A stretch of 57,817 nucleotides of DNA, counting the filler, from Dugesia japonica (Eukaryota): the NCBI GenBank assembly GCA_001938525.1. It is 4 parts of 4 records of this genome, joined end to end, with 100 filler letters (N's around TTAATTAATTAA, not from the genome) between each part and the next. Parts side by side here need not be neighbours in the genome. Positions count along the whole stretch, not along the records: positions 1 to 28,741 come from MQRL01604250.1; 3 more parts are not named here. The stretch is one strand, 5' to 3'. Both the position numbers and the translations under genes were made by a program. Under the pieces are notes generated by a model. That model was not told the origin of the DNA. It saw only the letters and a list, made by a program, of their open reading frames with translations, and did no database searches. Every line of letters begins with the position of its first letter. The first letter of the stretch is position 1. This document shows, in pieces, positions 13,036 to 25,562 of this stretch.

Positions 13036-13983
13036 AATATTCACTCAAATTATGTGGATAAAATAATTAAATTAATAAATCTTATACTTTCATTAATTAA
13101 TAAATTGAATAATTTTATTTATTTTTTTATTTTTAAATTATTTTTAATAATTCATATTAATAAAGTTCAAATTAATTACATTAACAATATATAAATATAA
13201 GTTGATGTATTTCATGATAATTAATATTTACAATTGTTATGAATGTCACTAGAATTTTTTAAATTGTTTAATGTAAATATTTATATTAATTTTTCAAAGG
13301 TTAGTAGACCTCATTTCCAATTTTTCAAAACAAGTGGGAAACATGCGATTTAAAAATAAATTAATTTCTTAAATTGAAAATTCTAAAACTTTCAGAAAAT
13401 ATTTTTTTATAAGTGTGCAAAAATCTAAAAAATACTATTATTAAATTTTTAAGTCAAACAAAGTACTTTATTTAAAGAAATTGTTTTATCTATTTAATTT
13501 TATTTTAACAGAAAAATTCTTTATGAAAATTTTGAATTTAATTTTAGTTATTTCAAATATTTATTAAAATATAATAAAACTAATACATAATACAAAATTA
13601 TCTAAGAGCTTTTATTTACAAGAGAATAACTCAAACTACCTTCTACAATGAAAAGTCTATAAACAAGTTTAGTCTTTTAATTCTGAACAGAGAATATCAT
13701 AAAAAGTATACAATTCAATAATTATTATATTAATTAATTAATTATTTTATTATTTTTCTACAAATGTTGATTTTCGACAAACCAAATGTTGTGAATTAAC
13801 TGATTTTACTGATTAACATGAGTCATACTATTTAAATAGTATGACCAAAAAATTTAGAATTTAGATAAATTATCAGTTTGGTCAGACACAAATACACTGT
13901 TTTATAAGTTATTGAAATATTAATATAGATTTGAGCAAATAATAAGTACATATTTTATGATCACACAATATAAGTTAGTCAGT

Positions 13984-14240
13984 AGTAGTTAGATAGAAGC
14001 GGACTGGATCATCCACCTAGAAAAAAAACAACAAAGTCAATTACTCATTGATGACTAGAACAAAGACAATGACTCATCGTTTTTCTTAAAACATTTTCAA
14101 ACTCATTGATCTAGTATCCTCGATTCTGATTGGATGAAACTTTTCAAAGTTATATTGATGACTCCTCGTTTTATAGATCAAGAGTCATCGTTTTATAGTT
14201 CATGACTCAACCCCCCCTGATAGGAAATTTTTTTTTTCAA
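13984..14240 (+). repeat. Left TIR of Polinton
   Basis: agtagttagatagaagcggactggatc... matches the reverse complement of 24550-24933. Confidence 0.9.
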
Positions 14241-14508
14241 AATATTTTTTTATAAATTTATTTTTAAAAAATATCTTTTTTTAATATTTTTTTCAAAAAG
14301 TTTTAAATGCTTTTTTTAACTTGCAGCATTTTTGCATTTGTATTGCACATTAAATTAATTTAACAAAGAATTATCAATCAAAACATGATAATAATCAAAG
14401 TAACACAATTTCAACCAATAAAAAGCAATACATACAAACTTTACAATAAATACTTATAAACTCTGAATATAATAACAAATACAATTAATAAATTTTCATT
14501 ATTTAAGC

Positions 14509-14905
14509 ATGAAAGAAATTATTGGGTCAATCAAAAATAATGTTATGACCATCGCAGTGGATTACGGAATGCCTACGGAATTTCATGAAATCCAAATGAA
14601 ATTCCTTAAGAGATCAATAGTTTTTTTTGATCGAAGCTTTTTCTTATTTTAATGAAAGATCAATAGTATATATGTTTCAAGTTATGAATACTTTGAATTT
14701 ATTATTCCAAAACATTGAACCAACGATTACAATAAAGGAAACAGTTTTCATCAATTACAGTGAATCAAAATGGATTGAAATCGAAAAATCTCAACAATAT
14801 ATGATCAATGTGGAAATAAACGGAGTTAATAAAAATAAAGACAACATTAATTCAATTAATAGAAAAGTTAACTCTCCAATTTGGAAATATCAAGACATTT
14901 TATAA
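14509..14905 (+). pseudogene. Polinton accessory ORF (~116 aa, unknown function) interrupted by a 35-bp insertion
   Basis: Removing the insertion plus one agatcaatagt copy (14611-14621 / 14657-14667) gives one frame MKEIIGSIK...KRSIVYMFQ...QDIL*. Confidence 0.55.
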
Positions 14906-15789
14906 ATTTTGGTGTTGTTATTATTATAATAAATGTTATTTATTTATTTGTCTCTTTAATTAACTCTATTTAAATAGTAATATTTTACCAAATAAATAAA
15001 TTATATATATATATATCTAAATAATAACAAACTCTATTAAAAAACTATTATTATTTATTAACTATTAGTATTTATAAAAAACAAAAGTCGTAATAATAAT
15101 AAAATTAACTAAAAAGCAAACCATATTTAAAATTAATAATAATATCCACCAAATTAATAAATGAAAAAACAAACCTCAAATAAAACTAAACTCTATTAAA
15201 TAACTACTAAATTTTAAAAATTACTTCAAAATAAAAAAATCTCAATTAAATAATAATAACCAACAAAGTAAATCACAAAAATAAAAAACAATTTTAAAAA
15301 TAACATTTATTTTCAATTATTGATGAACATCTCTAATAGAGCGTATCTGTATTAACAGCATTCGCAATGCGCAAGAAGAAACATCTCTTTGTAGTAATTG
15401 ACTAGTATTGTTTCATTATCTTTTTTCTTCAGGACCTTTTTCTGACAAAATAGAATTATTGCGATAATATCTAGAAATTAAATTATAAATAATGAATAAT
15501 TAAAAATAAATAAATAAATATTACTCTTTTTATTAATCATATCTTCTGGCCACCTGATTCCGCCGATTCTTCACATGTTTTTCGTACATTTTCCACTTGA
15601 ATGGGGTACATTTTTTTAAAAATTAACAACTGATTAAAATGAAATATGTAATGTGTTATAAACAATTCGCTGTTTAACACAAATCGACCAATTAAAATTG
15701 ACCAATGAAAAACCAGTAATTATCAAACAAGAAAATGCCTGCATTCATATTGCATGATTGCGCATTCATCTTGTAAAATTAAACAATTA

Positions 15790-16207
15790 AATTACATACA
15801 TCAGAAATTATATTATCTACATATCCTTGATAGTGTAAAGTCTTACAATTTTCCTGATGAAAATACATTTACACATACAGGATCATACTTTATAAGAAGT
15901 AATGCGAGAAACAATTCTGGTTCAATCCAACATTTTATAATTTTTGCTACTTTATATTAATTGATTACTTGTCCCAAATTGATTGCAATTGTTAATCATT
16001 GCAAACGAATATCCTTAATATCATACTGTAAGTTTTCCGTTTCCAACGGTTTTTCACATCCTATTATTCAAACATTTCCTAATTTAAATAATATTATTGT
16101 ATATTTCCCACTTTGTTAACAAATTAAGAAGGTTTACATATGGGAAATTTCATTTTTCTCGTTAATTGTTGCGACTATTTACCATTATAATTAGTAGTAA
16201 CTAACAT
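15790..16207 (-). pseudogene. TATA-binding-protein (TBP)-like gene inside the Polinton, with stops and frameshifts
   Basis: YTIILFKLGNV*IIGC, IRLQ*LTIAINLGQVIN, WIEPELFLAL and CVNVFSSGK align by eye with TBP TALIFSSGKMVCTG, FKIQNMVGSCDV, YEPELFPGL and LLIFVSGKVV. Confidence 0.7.
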
Positions 16208-16338
16208 TAATAATGATTTTTAATAAATGAGAGTATATATATATATATATACATATTTTCCAGAAATAAAATTAATTGATTCATTTAAACAATGACAAAT
16301 AGTATTATAAACAATGCAGTAAATTAAATATGTATAAC

Positions 16339-17010
16339 ATGGAGTTGAGAAATGACGCAATTTATCAAATTGTAGGTCCAATCTGTAGTGGGAAAACATT
16401 GTTCTTATGCAAGGTACTAAAATATAATTTATTTAAATCAAAATTTAACAAAATATATTGGGACAGAGGTGCATATGAAGAGTATGGGTTGACATAATCA
16501 AACCTTTGCAACATTAAATTGAAAATTATAAATGGAATTGATAAAAAGTGGAGCAAGAGATTATAGTCGGGTGATTTTATCGTAGTTGATGATCTGGATC
16601 AGGAGGCAAGCAAAGAAAAGAACTTTAATAATTTATTTACAAAAATATCAAGACATCGCAATGTGACTGTAAATTTCATTGCACAAAATTCATTCCATCA
16701 AGGAGGAAGTTATAGGACACGTAATTTAAATGTACAATACTTGGTAATATTTAAAAATTCAAGAGATCAAACAGTTGTAACTTTTATAACAAGACAGGCT
16801 TATCCTAATAATAGACAATTTTTTATTTAATCATTTCAAGATGCAACAATAAATCTACATGGTTCTATTTTTATCGACTTTACACAACAATGTCTAGATG
16901 AATTGATGGTGAGAACCCATATTTTCATTCCTGATGGTGTTACTGTAAATGAAAAAACTAAGTTATTATTATATTTTAAAATGACGGAATTTAAAAAAAG
17001 TTATATTTAA
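16339..17010 (+). pseudogene. Polinton packaging ATPase (A32/FtsK-like)
   Basis: IVGPICSGKT (Walker A), IVVDDL (Walker B), LFTKISRHRNVTVNFIAQN, RNLNVQYLVIFKNSRD, FIDFTQ; internal stops. Confidence 0.9.
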
Positions 17011-17199
17011 TCAGATCAAAAGTATTCCTAAAATTAAGATAAACGACCAAAAAAGCGTATTACAAAAACAAAAACGAGTGAAAAGAGGAAACAAAGTAAA
17101 TAGTTGACAATTTTTAAAACTGTATGGTAAGAAAATTTCGAAAGTAACTGGAAAATCGAAATCATTATAAACAAAAGTTATATTATTAAAATATAAAAT

Positions 17200-17500
17200 T
17201 AAATTAGAACGAAGTATTCCATTTTTTATATCATAATTTCAATCCTCAAAATTGGCGAGAATGCGAATTTTGAAATCATTTCCAACGTTTGTTTCTACGA
17301 TTTAATTGAAATTATTATAAATATTATTCGTGGAAATTTAAATGTGAGCAATGCTAGAAAGCAAGTATTGAAAAAACATAAAAGAACGCTATTAACACTT
17401 GTAAATACAAAAAATAGGAAATTGATGAGGCGAGTAATACGAAATAATTAAGAAAGTGGTTTTAAAGTGGCATTAAAATCAATTAACAGCCTTCAAATTA
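17200..17500 (+). pseudogene. Conserved small Polinton ORF downstream of the ATPase
   Basis: EIIINIIRGNLNVSNARKQVLKKHKRTLLTL...SGF resembles the N..GN..L.KHK..L..GGF protein typical of Mavericks. Confidence 0.6.
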
Positions 17501-17899
17501 ATTCATTTCAAATATATGTTATATAAATGTGTATAATAAATAATAAGATATTTAACAAGTTAAAATTATAATTCATAAAATAGCAATATTAAAACAAATC
17601 AAATTCATTTTAATATTTTGAATATTTATTTAATTTTAAATATTCAATAAATTGAATTTAGANNNNNNNNNNNNNNNNNNNNNNNNNNNNNNNNNNATTC
17701 CTCCCTTTGCTTTATCGATATTGAAGATTTGGATTCCTTGTCATTCTCTCTGGATAACGTCTTTTGATATCGCTCTCAATTTGTTGGTCACGTTGTACTG
17801 TTAAGGCTGTTTTCTGTTGGCTTCTTATTGATATTTTTGTGCTCCATGACTTGTATGAAAGTTTTTTTCTTGGTATTCGTTTGATTTGGTTGTAATTTC

Positions 17900-19090
17900 G
17901 TTCAATAAAANTGTTACTATTTTCATCAAGCAAAGTTTAAGTCCATTAATTAATTTTCTTTAATACTTTAAATGTTTCAATATCAAAACCATCATGTGCA
18001 TTGTTTTTATCAGAACTTTATCATCAATTTTAATTTCATCTCTCACTAATATTTGTCATATTTAGCTGATGTAACTTCATTTTTTTCTTCAATATTTTTT
18101 TTTACATGACCATGAATATTCATGATATTTCTTTTTAATTGCTCTTTATATTGATCAGAATTCTTTAAGATGTTCGTTTCCATCCTTCCAGAGCTCACAT
18201 ATTGATTCTAGGTTTCCTCCCAAATATTATTTCATACGGAATGTACTTAGTCGTTTGTGTGTTGTTATTCTCTTATTTTTAGCACCGTACTCCAATCTTG
18301 AATTCACCTGTTTTCTAGTACTGCACTAATCATAGGTTTCACGATTCTAAATAACCTTTCTACTAATCCGTTTTCTTGAGGGTAATATGGAAATGAAAAT
18401 GTTTTCACAATTCCCAATTGCTTGCAATATTTCTGAAATGCGGCTGAACTAAAATTACTACCACAATCCCAGTAAATTCGACTATGTTTTCTAAATTTGG
18501 ATATTTAATGTATCCAGAGAGCTTCACATATATCTTCAGTTTTTATTATTCGTAATGGAATTAAACATATAAACTTTAAAAAAAATCCACAGCTCCAAGA
18601 ATATATTTATAACCATATTGCGTTGGTTTAAATGGTAATGTAATATATTACAATACTTTGAAATGGTTTTTTTGGCTATATTCTGCAATGATGCTTTAAT
18701 TCTTCCGTTAATATATTTGTGCGCATTACACTGTTTATATTTTGATAGTTGTTCTCTTATGTTTTTATCCATACACGGACAATAATACTCATTTTTCGAA
18801 TATTTTTAGAGCATTTGACAATTTTCTATGTAACAAGCCATTAATAAATGCTTTTACCATGATTACCTCTTTCTTGTCAGATAAAACACTGAATAAAATA
18901 AAATACGAATATGCTTGTCAAAATCCGTTATTTTTTCTCCTCGATACTGCATTAATTCAAGAATTGGCATAGCTTGGTTAATGTTTGATGGTTTAAAATC
19001 CAGTAAACTGATAAGATGTTTTTCCAAGTAATCGATATTTACCTTCGTACTCTCAAAGCTTGGATCAAATTTTATTTCCTTCATCAAGTT
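17900..19090 (-). mobile_element. Gypsy/Ginger-type integrase fragment, antisense within the Polinton
   Basis: MDKNIREQLSKYKQC (zinc-binding region), RIYWDCGSNFSS, FPYYPQENGLVERLFRIVK, PYEIIFGRKPR; frameshifted. Confidence 0.8.
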
Positions 19091-19099
19091 GTCGTCAAA

Positions 19100-19342
19100 T
19101 TATTTACTAAATATTATAATAGAACAATAGGTAGAATTGCGCTTCTTATTCTTAAACGTATTGGTAGTTTTGTTATGAAAACTGCTCAAGATGTAATAGC
19201 TAATAATGGAAAAATATTACCAACATTGAAATCTAATGCATTAGCAGAAATTAATGATATAGGGTCTTCGTTAACTAATATGATTTCAAAAGTAACAAAC
19301 ATGTTACCATTCAATATAAAAATAGGATTCCGTCGGAAATAA
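19100..19342 (+). pseudogene. Polinton basic core/membrane-type small protein, 3' part
   Basis: GRIALLILKRIGSFVMKTAQDVIANNGKILPTLKS resembles the Maverick small ORF pattern R.A.P+LK..G...A.DV...LK. Confidence 0.5.
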
Positions 19343-19419
19343 GTAATATGTTAACAAAGCAACCGGAAAAATTAGTAAAATGCGTAAAAAATCTAAAACA
19401 TCACGTATAAACTAACGAA

Positions 19420-22400
19420 TGAAAGGACATGGAACAATTTTCGAAAATAATTGATTAGGATGAAGTAACAGATGAATGTATTGTCGATGAATCAATAAAC
19501 AATGTAATGATTGAAACGGATTTGTATCGTTGTCACCAGATTTTAAAAGTTGATACATCAACATAGAATAAAAGATAAATAATTTTACCCGATTCATTAT
19601 ATTAAACAGAATAATAAAAGAGCTAAGTAATGTTAAAATACAATTTGGCAACAATGCCGAATATTTTAAAGAGGATGAGATAAAGACATGTATGATGTTT
19701 AATCGTGCCGTTCCTCTAAGCGACACATTTTTTTGAAGATGCAATAAATTCTCTCAATCAAAAATTTGTGGTACGAAATGAAATAGGATCAAGTTGAATT
19801 TTAAGCAGAATCCTTGAAGTTCATTTTAAAATTACAAAAATATCAAATATAAGTAGATTGAATTATATTCCAACTCTACGGAAACTGGAAAAGAAAAGGG
19901 CTGTTATAAATGTTCATAATAACGATAATAAATGTTTCCTATACAGTATACTAGCTATATCTTACCAGAATGTAATTGGAAACAATAAATACAGAGCGAG
20001 CAAATATACAAGGTACATGTCTTAATTAGTATTCAATGAAGAAGACATGTTAATGAAATTGAACAATATAGCTAAATTTGAAAGGCAAAATCCAAGTTTA
20101 TCAATCAACGTATTATCCTGGAATGATGATGAGTTTTTATTTGATGATGATGTGGTATTGCAACACCTAAATTTAGACATCATGCATTGGTCTAAATGTG
20201 ATGGTGAAAAAATTAATGTCCTATTGTTAGAAAATGAAAACAAATTTCATTACACGGCATTAATGAATCTCAATAGATTATTAAATAGAGATATCAAAAG
20301 GAATGGCGAACGGATACAAAGTATTTGGTGTAAAAATTGTCTTAACGGTTTCAGGGACAAAAATACGTATAAAAACATCAACTGTTATGCAAAAGAATAC
20401 AAACCGACACTACTCTTTATACTATACCGTGAGAGAAAAATTTGGAGTTTAAAGATTACTCTAAAACCATCACTCCACCTTTTGTAATATATGCTGATTT
20501 TGAATCAGTACTCACTGCGGATGCAAGCATTTCCAAAAAGATTTACTGATTTCGGCGGGACTTTTGTTGGTAAATAATTTTACCAGCCTAACCAAATACA
20601 TCCAGTTTGTTGGAAATGATTGCATCTATGAATATTTGAAAGCAATCTAGGATATAAGTAAAAATACGGTGTATCAATATTATATTTATAAAGGAAAAGA
20701 GAAACTGAAAATTGCACTAGCCCAAGAATTAAAATCTAATAGGAGCTGAATTTTTTATTTTTGTAAAAATAATATAACCGACCCTGTCGAGATTATGACC
20801 ATTTTACAGGATAATGTAAAGGAGAAGTCTGTTCAAAATGTAATTTAAGCCGACGGTTTAATATACAGCTAAGAGTTGTATTTCACAATTTTAAAGAGTA
20901 TGATCTTCATCATATTTTCAAATATAGATTAAGTAAATTTCCTAAATGGAATCTGAGTTGTATATCGACAACCAGTGAAATATTTATATGTCTGATTGTA
21001 CATTAGAGCAAAGCTCCGACTCTCAAATTTATTGATAGTTATCAATTTCATTAATTCATCTCTCGATACAGCAGTGAAATCTTTTGGATCAACACCATTA
21101 ACTGTAAAAGAATTTGAAAATAATAACATAATTATATAAAAGGGTACTCTCCCGTTTAATATATCTACAGGTTTGCAAGTGTTAGAAGATAAAAAATTAA
21201 TGCCACTGAGATTAGATGAAATTAATGAAGATGTATACAACAAAGCGGTGGAAATGTGGTATATCACAAAATGCAGAAATTTATTGGATTACATGTTAAT
21301 GTATCTGAAGCTGAATGTTTTTCTGTTAGCCGACCTTTTTCCACAGTTCAGGGTAAAATTAATGGCAAACAATAATTTGGATCCATTAACATTCTTTGGA
21401 ATCCTGGGTATGAGTTGGGCATCAGCATTGATGTCTTTAAAGGAACCAATTGTACTGCTGATGGTCAATGATTTTTTTACATTTTTGAAGGTAGTATATG
21501 AGGTGGTCTAACATTCGTAAAAAAGGATTATGTCGTCTCTGATAAAAAAACAGAATTATTGTCTATAGATATTAATAATCTATATGATTGAGCATTAAGT
21601 CAGAAATTGCCTTATGCTGATTTTCAGTGGGTCTATACTGGTCTAAAAAATAATTTTAGAAGAATGTAAATGAGCAGACCTGGACTCACTACCATATGGA
21701 TTCACATTGGAGATGAACATGGTTATTCCGGCCAAGATACAAAATAAATTGAATGATTTACTTGTTACAGCAGAACATCAACGTCCTCCAGGGTCAAAGG
21801 TTAATACATTATTACTGACTCATAACGCAAAAATAAATTATGTAATTCACTGGAGGCTGCTGCAAATATACATCTAATTGGGAGTACAGGTAACTAAGAT
21901 TCATAGAGCAGTTAAATTTAAACAAGCTGCAATTTTTGAAGATTATATTAACAAAAATACAATATTGAGATCACAATGTACAACTGAATTGGACTAAAAT
22001 TATAATAAGTTACTAAATAATAGTTTGTACGGAAAGTCTGTAGAGAATTTGAAGAAAAGAATAAATTTGCGCTTGTTGAAAGAAAGTTGATGACATATAC
22101 GTAAAAGCAAGTTTTAGAAAATCAATAAAATTCGATCAAGACCTCATAGCGGTTCTACTCAATAAGAACGTGATGTGTTTAGATCGACCAAGCTACATTG
22201 CTTAGACTGTACTAGACCTATCAAAACTTCGTATGTATCAATTACAATACATTCAGTTGGAAAATTATAAGAATGAAGAAAATTGCACAATAAATATTGT
22301 AGCCGGAGATACGGATAGTTTTTTCCAAGAAGTGATAGATATACGTTTGGAAAAACTAACCAGTTTAATAGTGAGAGATAAACTATTGGATACATTCAAT

Positions 22401-22560
22401 TATAGTACTAGCCATCTTCTTTATTCGAATGATTTAAACAGCGTCATCGGAAAATTCAAGGATTAGAGTAAAGGGAAGAAATATAGCAAGTGGATATTTT
22501 TTAGGCCGAAATGCTATGACCAAAATTGGTGATTGAGTGAACAAAGAAATGCAAAATGAT
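19420..22560 (+). pseudogene. Protein-primed DNA polymerase B of the Polinton, heavily frameshifted
   Basis: In order: DNKCFLYSIL, HYTALMNLNRL, CKNCLNGF, YADFES, VFHNFKEYDLH, FIDSYQF, LLADLF, DINNLY..ALSQKLP, KLLNNSLYGKS, AGDTDSFF, IGKFKD. Confidence 0.93.
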
Positions 22561-23039
22561 TGCAAAGTAAACAACGAAGAATACAACTCAGATGCAGATT
22601 TAACAAAAAAATATTCAAGTGCAAATTCAACAAACAAAAATTCATTGGTTTCACAAAGACATATACAGTACATAGTCAAAATGGTTATGAATAAAATTTA
22701 ATTTTTCTTTTATTAATAATTATGAATTTAGATTCAATTATAGACGGCATGATTGGATTTATTGAAATCTCTTAATCAGACAAAAATAGACAAATACATG
22801 TAAAAAATAGTCAATGTAATAGTGAATTACCTATATAATGTTAGATAAAATACAATAAAAAAATATTTAATGAAAACAAGATTTATTAATCTAAATTTAT
22901 TAAAAAACATTAAAAAATAAAAATTTAAACATCAAATTTCTTTTTAGTCATACGATATTCTGTGATCCTTGGAATATTTTGTATGGCAAATCAATTCTAA
23001 ATATTTAAATTTAATATTGATTAATAAAAATAAAAGTAT

Positions 23040-23740
23040 TACCACCAGTTTTTGTTTTTCTTTCAATCTGACATTTGCGTGGTTTTCCAAAAGCATAGGA
23101 TAAAGACTGTAATTATATATCAGGCCTCATTTCGTTTATTTGTTCAGGACTTTTATAATCTAAGTCAATGTTTAAACCATTTGATACTTTTATTATTTTC
23201 TTCTTCATAAAGCTGGCTTGCTACAGTTGGCGGATCAAAATTATACAATGTTACTAAATTTTGCATAAAAACCTTGTTTTTAATGAATCCATATTAAAAT
23301 CTAGATTTTTGACGCTTTTTTCTTTTTTAAATAATATCAAACTATTCATAAATTGAATTTCCATAAAGGCATGTAAACCAGCTTCTAGTATATTCTCCAA
23401 CTTATGTCGATAGAGTAATACGTCATTATTTGAAATCTCCTCAAAAGCGTCCATGAACGTATAGAGATTCTAAACATTTTTCAAATTTTCTGCTTTGTTG
23501 GCTTTACAATCGCTTAAGAAATCTATATAATTCAATCTTAGGTATTTATCCTCAGTATTTGGATTTAATGATGAAAGAATTTTCGGAATTTTGGATTTAG
23601 CCATTTCTTGCTCTTTTTCTTTTTCAATCTCTTCATTTTTCCGAACACAAAAATTAATATTTTCATCATTTCTTCTTGTTTCAATGATAATGCATTTAAT
23701 TTGGTCATATTTTAAAAATAATGATTGATTTAGGAAGTCA
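23040..23740 (-). pseudogene. Polinton accessory ORF of unknown function
   Basis: Long near-open frame including ORF 23254..23454; a similar segment lies at 8500-8650 in the other relic. Confidence 0.4.
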
Positions 23741-24549
23741 TGAATTTATATACATGTTTGTGTGTCTACGTGAACGTATGTAATAAAAAGAAACTAATCG
23801 GATTGGCTAAACAATTAAAAATAATTTTGATTGGGTGTTTAAACCTATATATATGCGAAATACAAATGAACTAAAATAATTTATTTTCAAAATGTGTTAT
23901 AAATTTATGTTGAAGACGATAAGTAAAATGGAGAAGTTGAGCCAAATATAGAATAAAATGAAAAATAATGGCCGACAACCGCAGACGAAGAGGAATAATA
24001 TTTTGTAGCTACGGGTAAATTATTTTTTTTACTAATTTAATATTTAAAAAATGATTGATTTAGAAAATATTGAATCTGATGTACAAATGATGGAAAAGCA
24101 GAGTTGTCGAAAGGTCTAGACCTGCTAGAAAAATCTTCAAATACATTTGATAAAGGTTTGACTTCATTTCATTTTAATTATATAATTTTGTTTTAGATTT
24201 GTTCGAAGAATTATTTGGTCATATTTATCCATGTCTTAAGGATCATATAACTTATTGTGCACCAGAATTGATTTGGTACAAAATAAAAAGCTGACTGCAG
24301 TGAACATAAAAGAGGTCATGGACATATAAAATGAATATCATAACAAAGATATTGATTGTGACTATTGTTCCGGGAAGAATAAAAATTTGAAGAGAAAATT
24401 TATTGACTCTATCTATCCAGAGTCTAATAAAAGACAATGTTAATCAATTTATGTAATTAAANNNNNNNNNNNNNATATATACAGTATTTATCTTTATTAT
24501 TGTAGATAAAAATTCAAAAAGAAATTAAAAAATTAAAAAAATTTTTTTT

Positions 24550-24933
24550 TAAAATTTCCTGTCATGAGGGGGGTTGAATTTTGATCTATATAAACGATGA
24601 CTCGAGATCTAAAAAAATGACGAGTTTTCAATTTAACTGTGAAAAGTTTCATTTAATCAGAATTGAGGATACTCCATCATTGACTTTTAAAAAAATTTAA
24701 GAAAAACAATGACTAATGATCTATAAAAACGATGAGTCATGATATATAAAACGATGACTCAGGATCTTTAAAAACGATGACTCATTGTCTTTATTCTAGT
24801 TATTGATGACTCATACTGATGATTTATTTTCTTTGTTCTAGTCATAGATGAGTCATACGTATGACTCAATGTATTTGTTAGAAAAGTTCTTTATCTAGGT
24901 TGGGGTGATCCAGTGCGCTTCTATCTGCCTACT
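24550..24933 (-). repeat. Right TIR of Polinton with TGA(C/G)TCA repeat array
   Basis: Reverse complement begins agtaggcagatagaagcgcactggatc. Six TGA(C/G)TCA motifs in 24731-24870. Confidence 0.9.
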
Positions 24934-25562
24934 GTCATACTATTCGGTAATATCCGTTAGTAATTTAATTTTGTAATAATAATTTTGCAAAATGTTTCCA
25001 TTTCCAACCCAACACATTTCAAAGATTATATCTACATCTGCTAAAGTTATAAATTTATTCAAAAATTAGTCCAACCTATTAAGGCTAGTTTTCAAATCTG
25101 GTCTATCAGTTGAAATGTTGAGTGTAAAGCCATAAACTCATTTGACAGATTTTCCGTCATCTCTGCACCAGAGTTTAATAGCGTAGTCTAAATAATGGAA
25201 AAAGTATTATTGTTGAGCATCGAAGAAAATTAATAAGTTTAATCTGATTTTCTGATTTTAAAATTTTCTGCAGTTAATTTGATAATTACTGAGAGAGAGT
25301 GATGTGTGAAGCTTCATTAATAAGGACATTAAGCCATAAAGATAATGTTCATTCGACGGATTCAACATAGCTCTTAAAATTATTTTATTGATTATTGATT
25401 ATGTATTCATTTAAAAATTTAATAATTTATTGTATTTTAATAACTTTTTGTTGCCTAATGATAACATCTATTTTGTTGAAATTAATTGACAATCAAAATT
25501 TTATTAAATGGTGATCTTTTATTTTTAAATTAAAACAAATTTTTAAAAATTGCAAAACCTAC

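Larger units (their letters stand above)
13984..24933 (+). mobile_element. Polinton/Maverick (adintovirus-like) element, decayed, ~11 kb
   Basis: AG...CT termini and ~250-390-bp imperfect TIRs. Imperfect 6-bp TSD gtcagt/gtcata; empty site gtcatg in the paralogous copy near 4528. Contains pPolB, A32-like ATPase and two conserved small Polinton ORFs. Confidence 0.92.
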
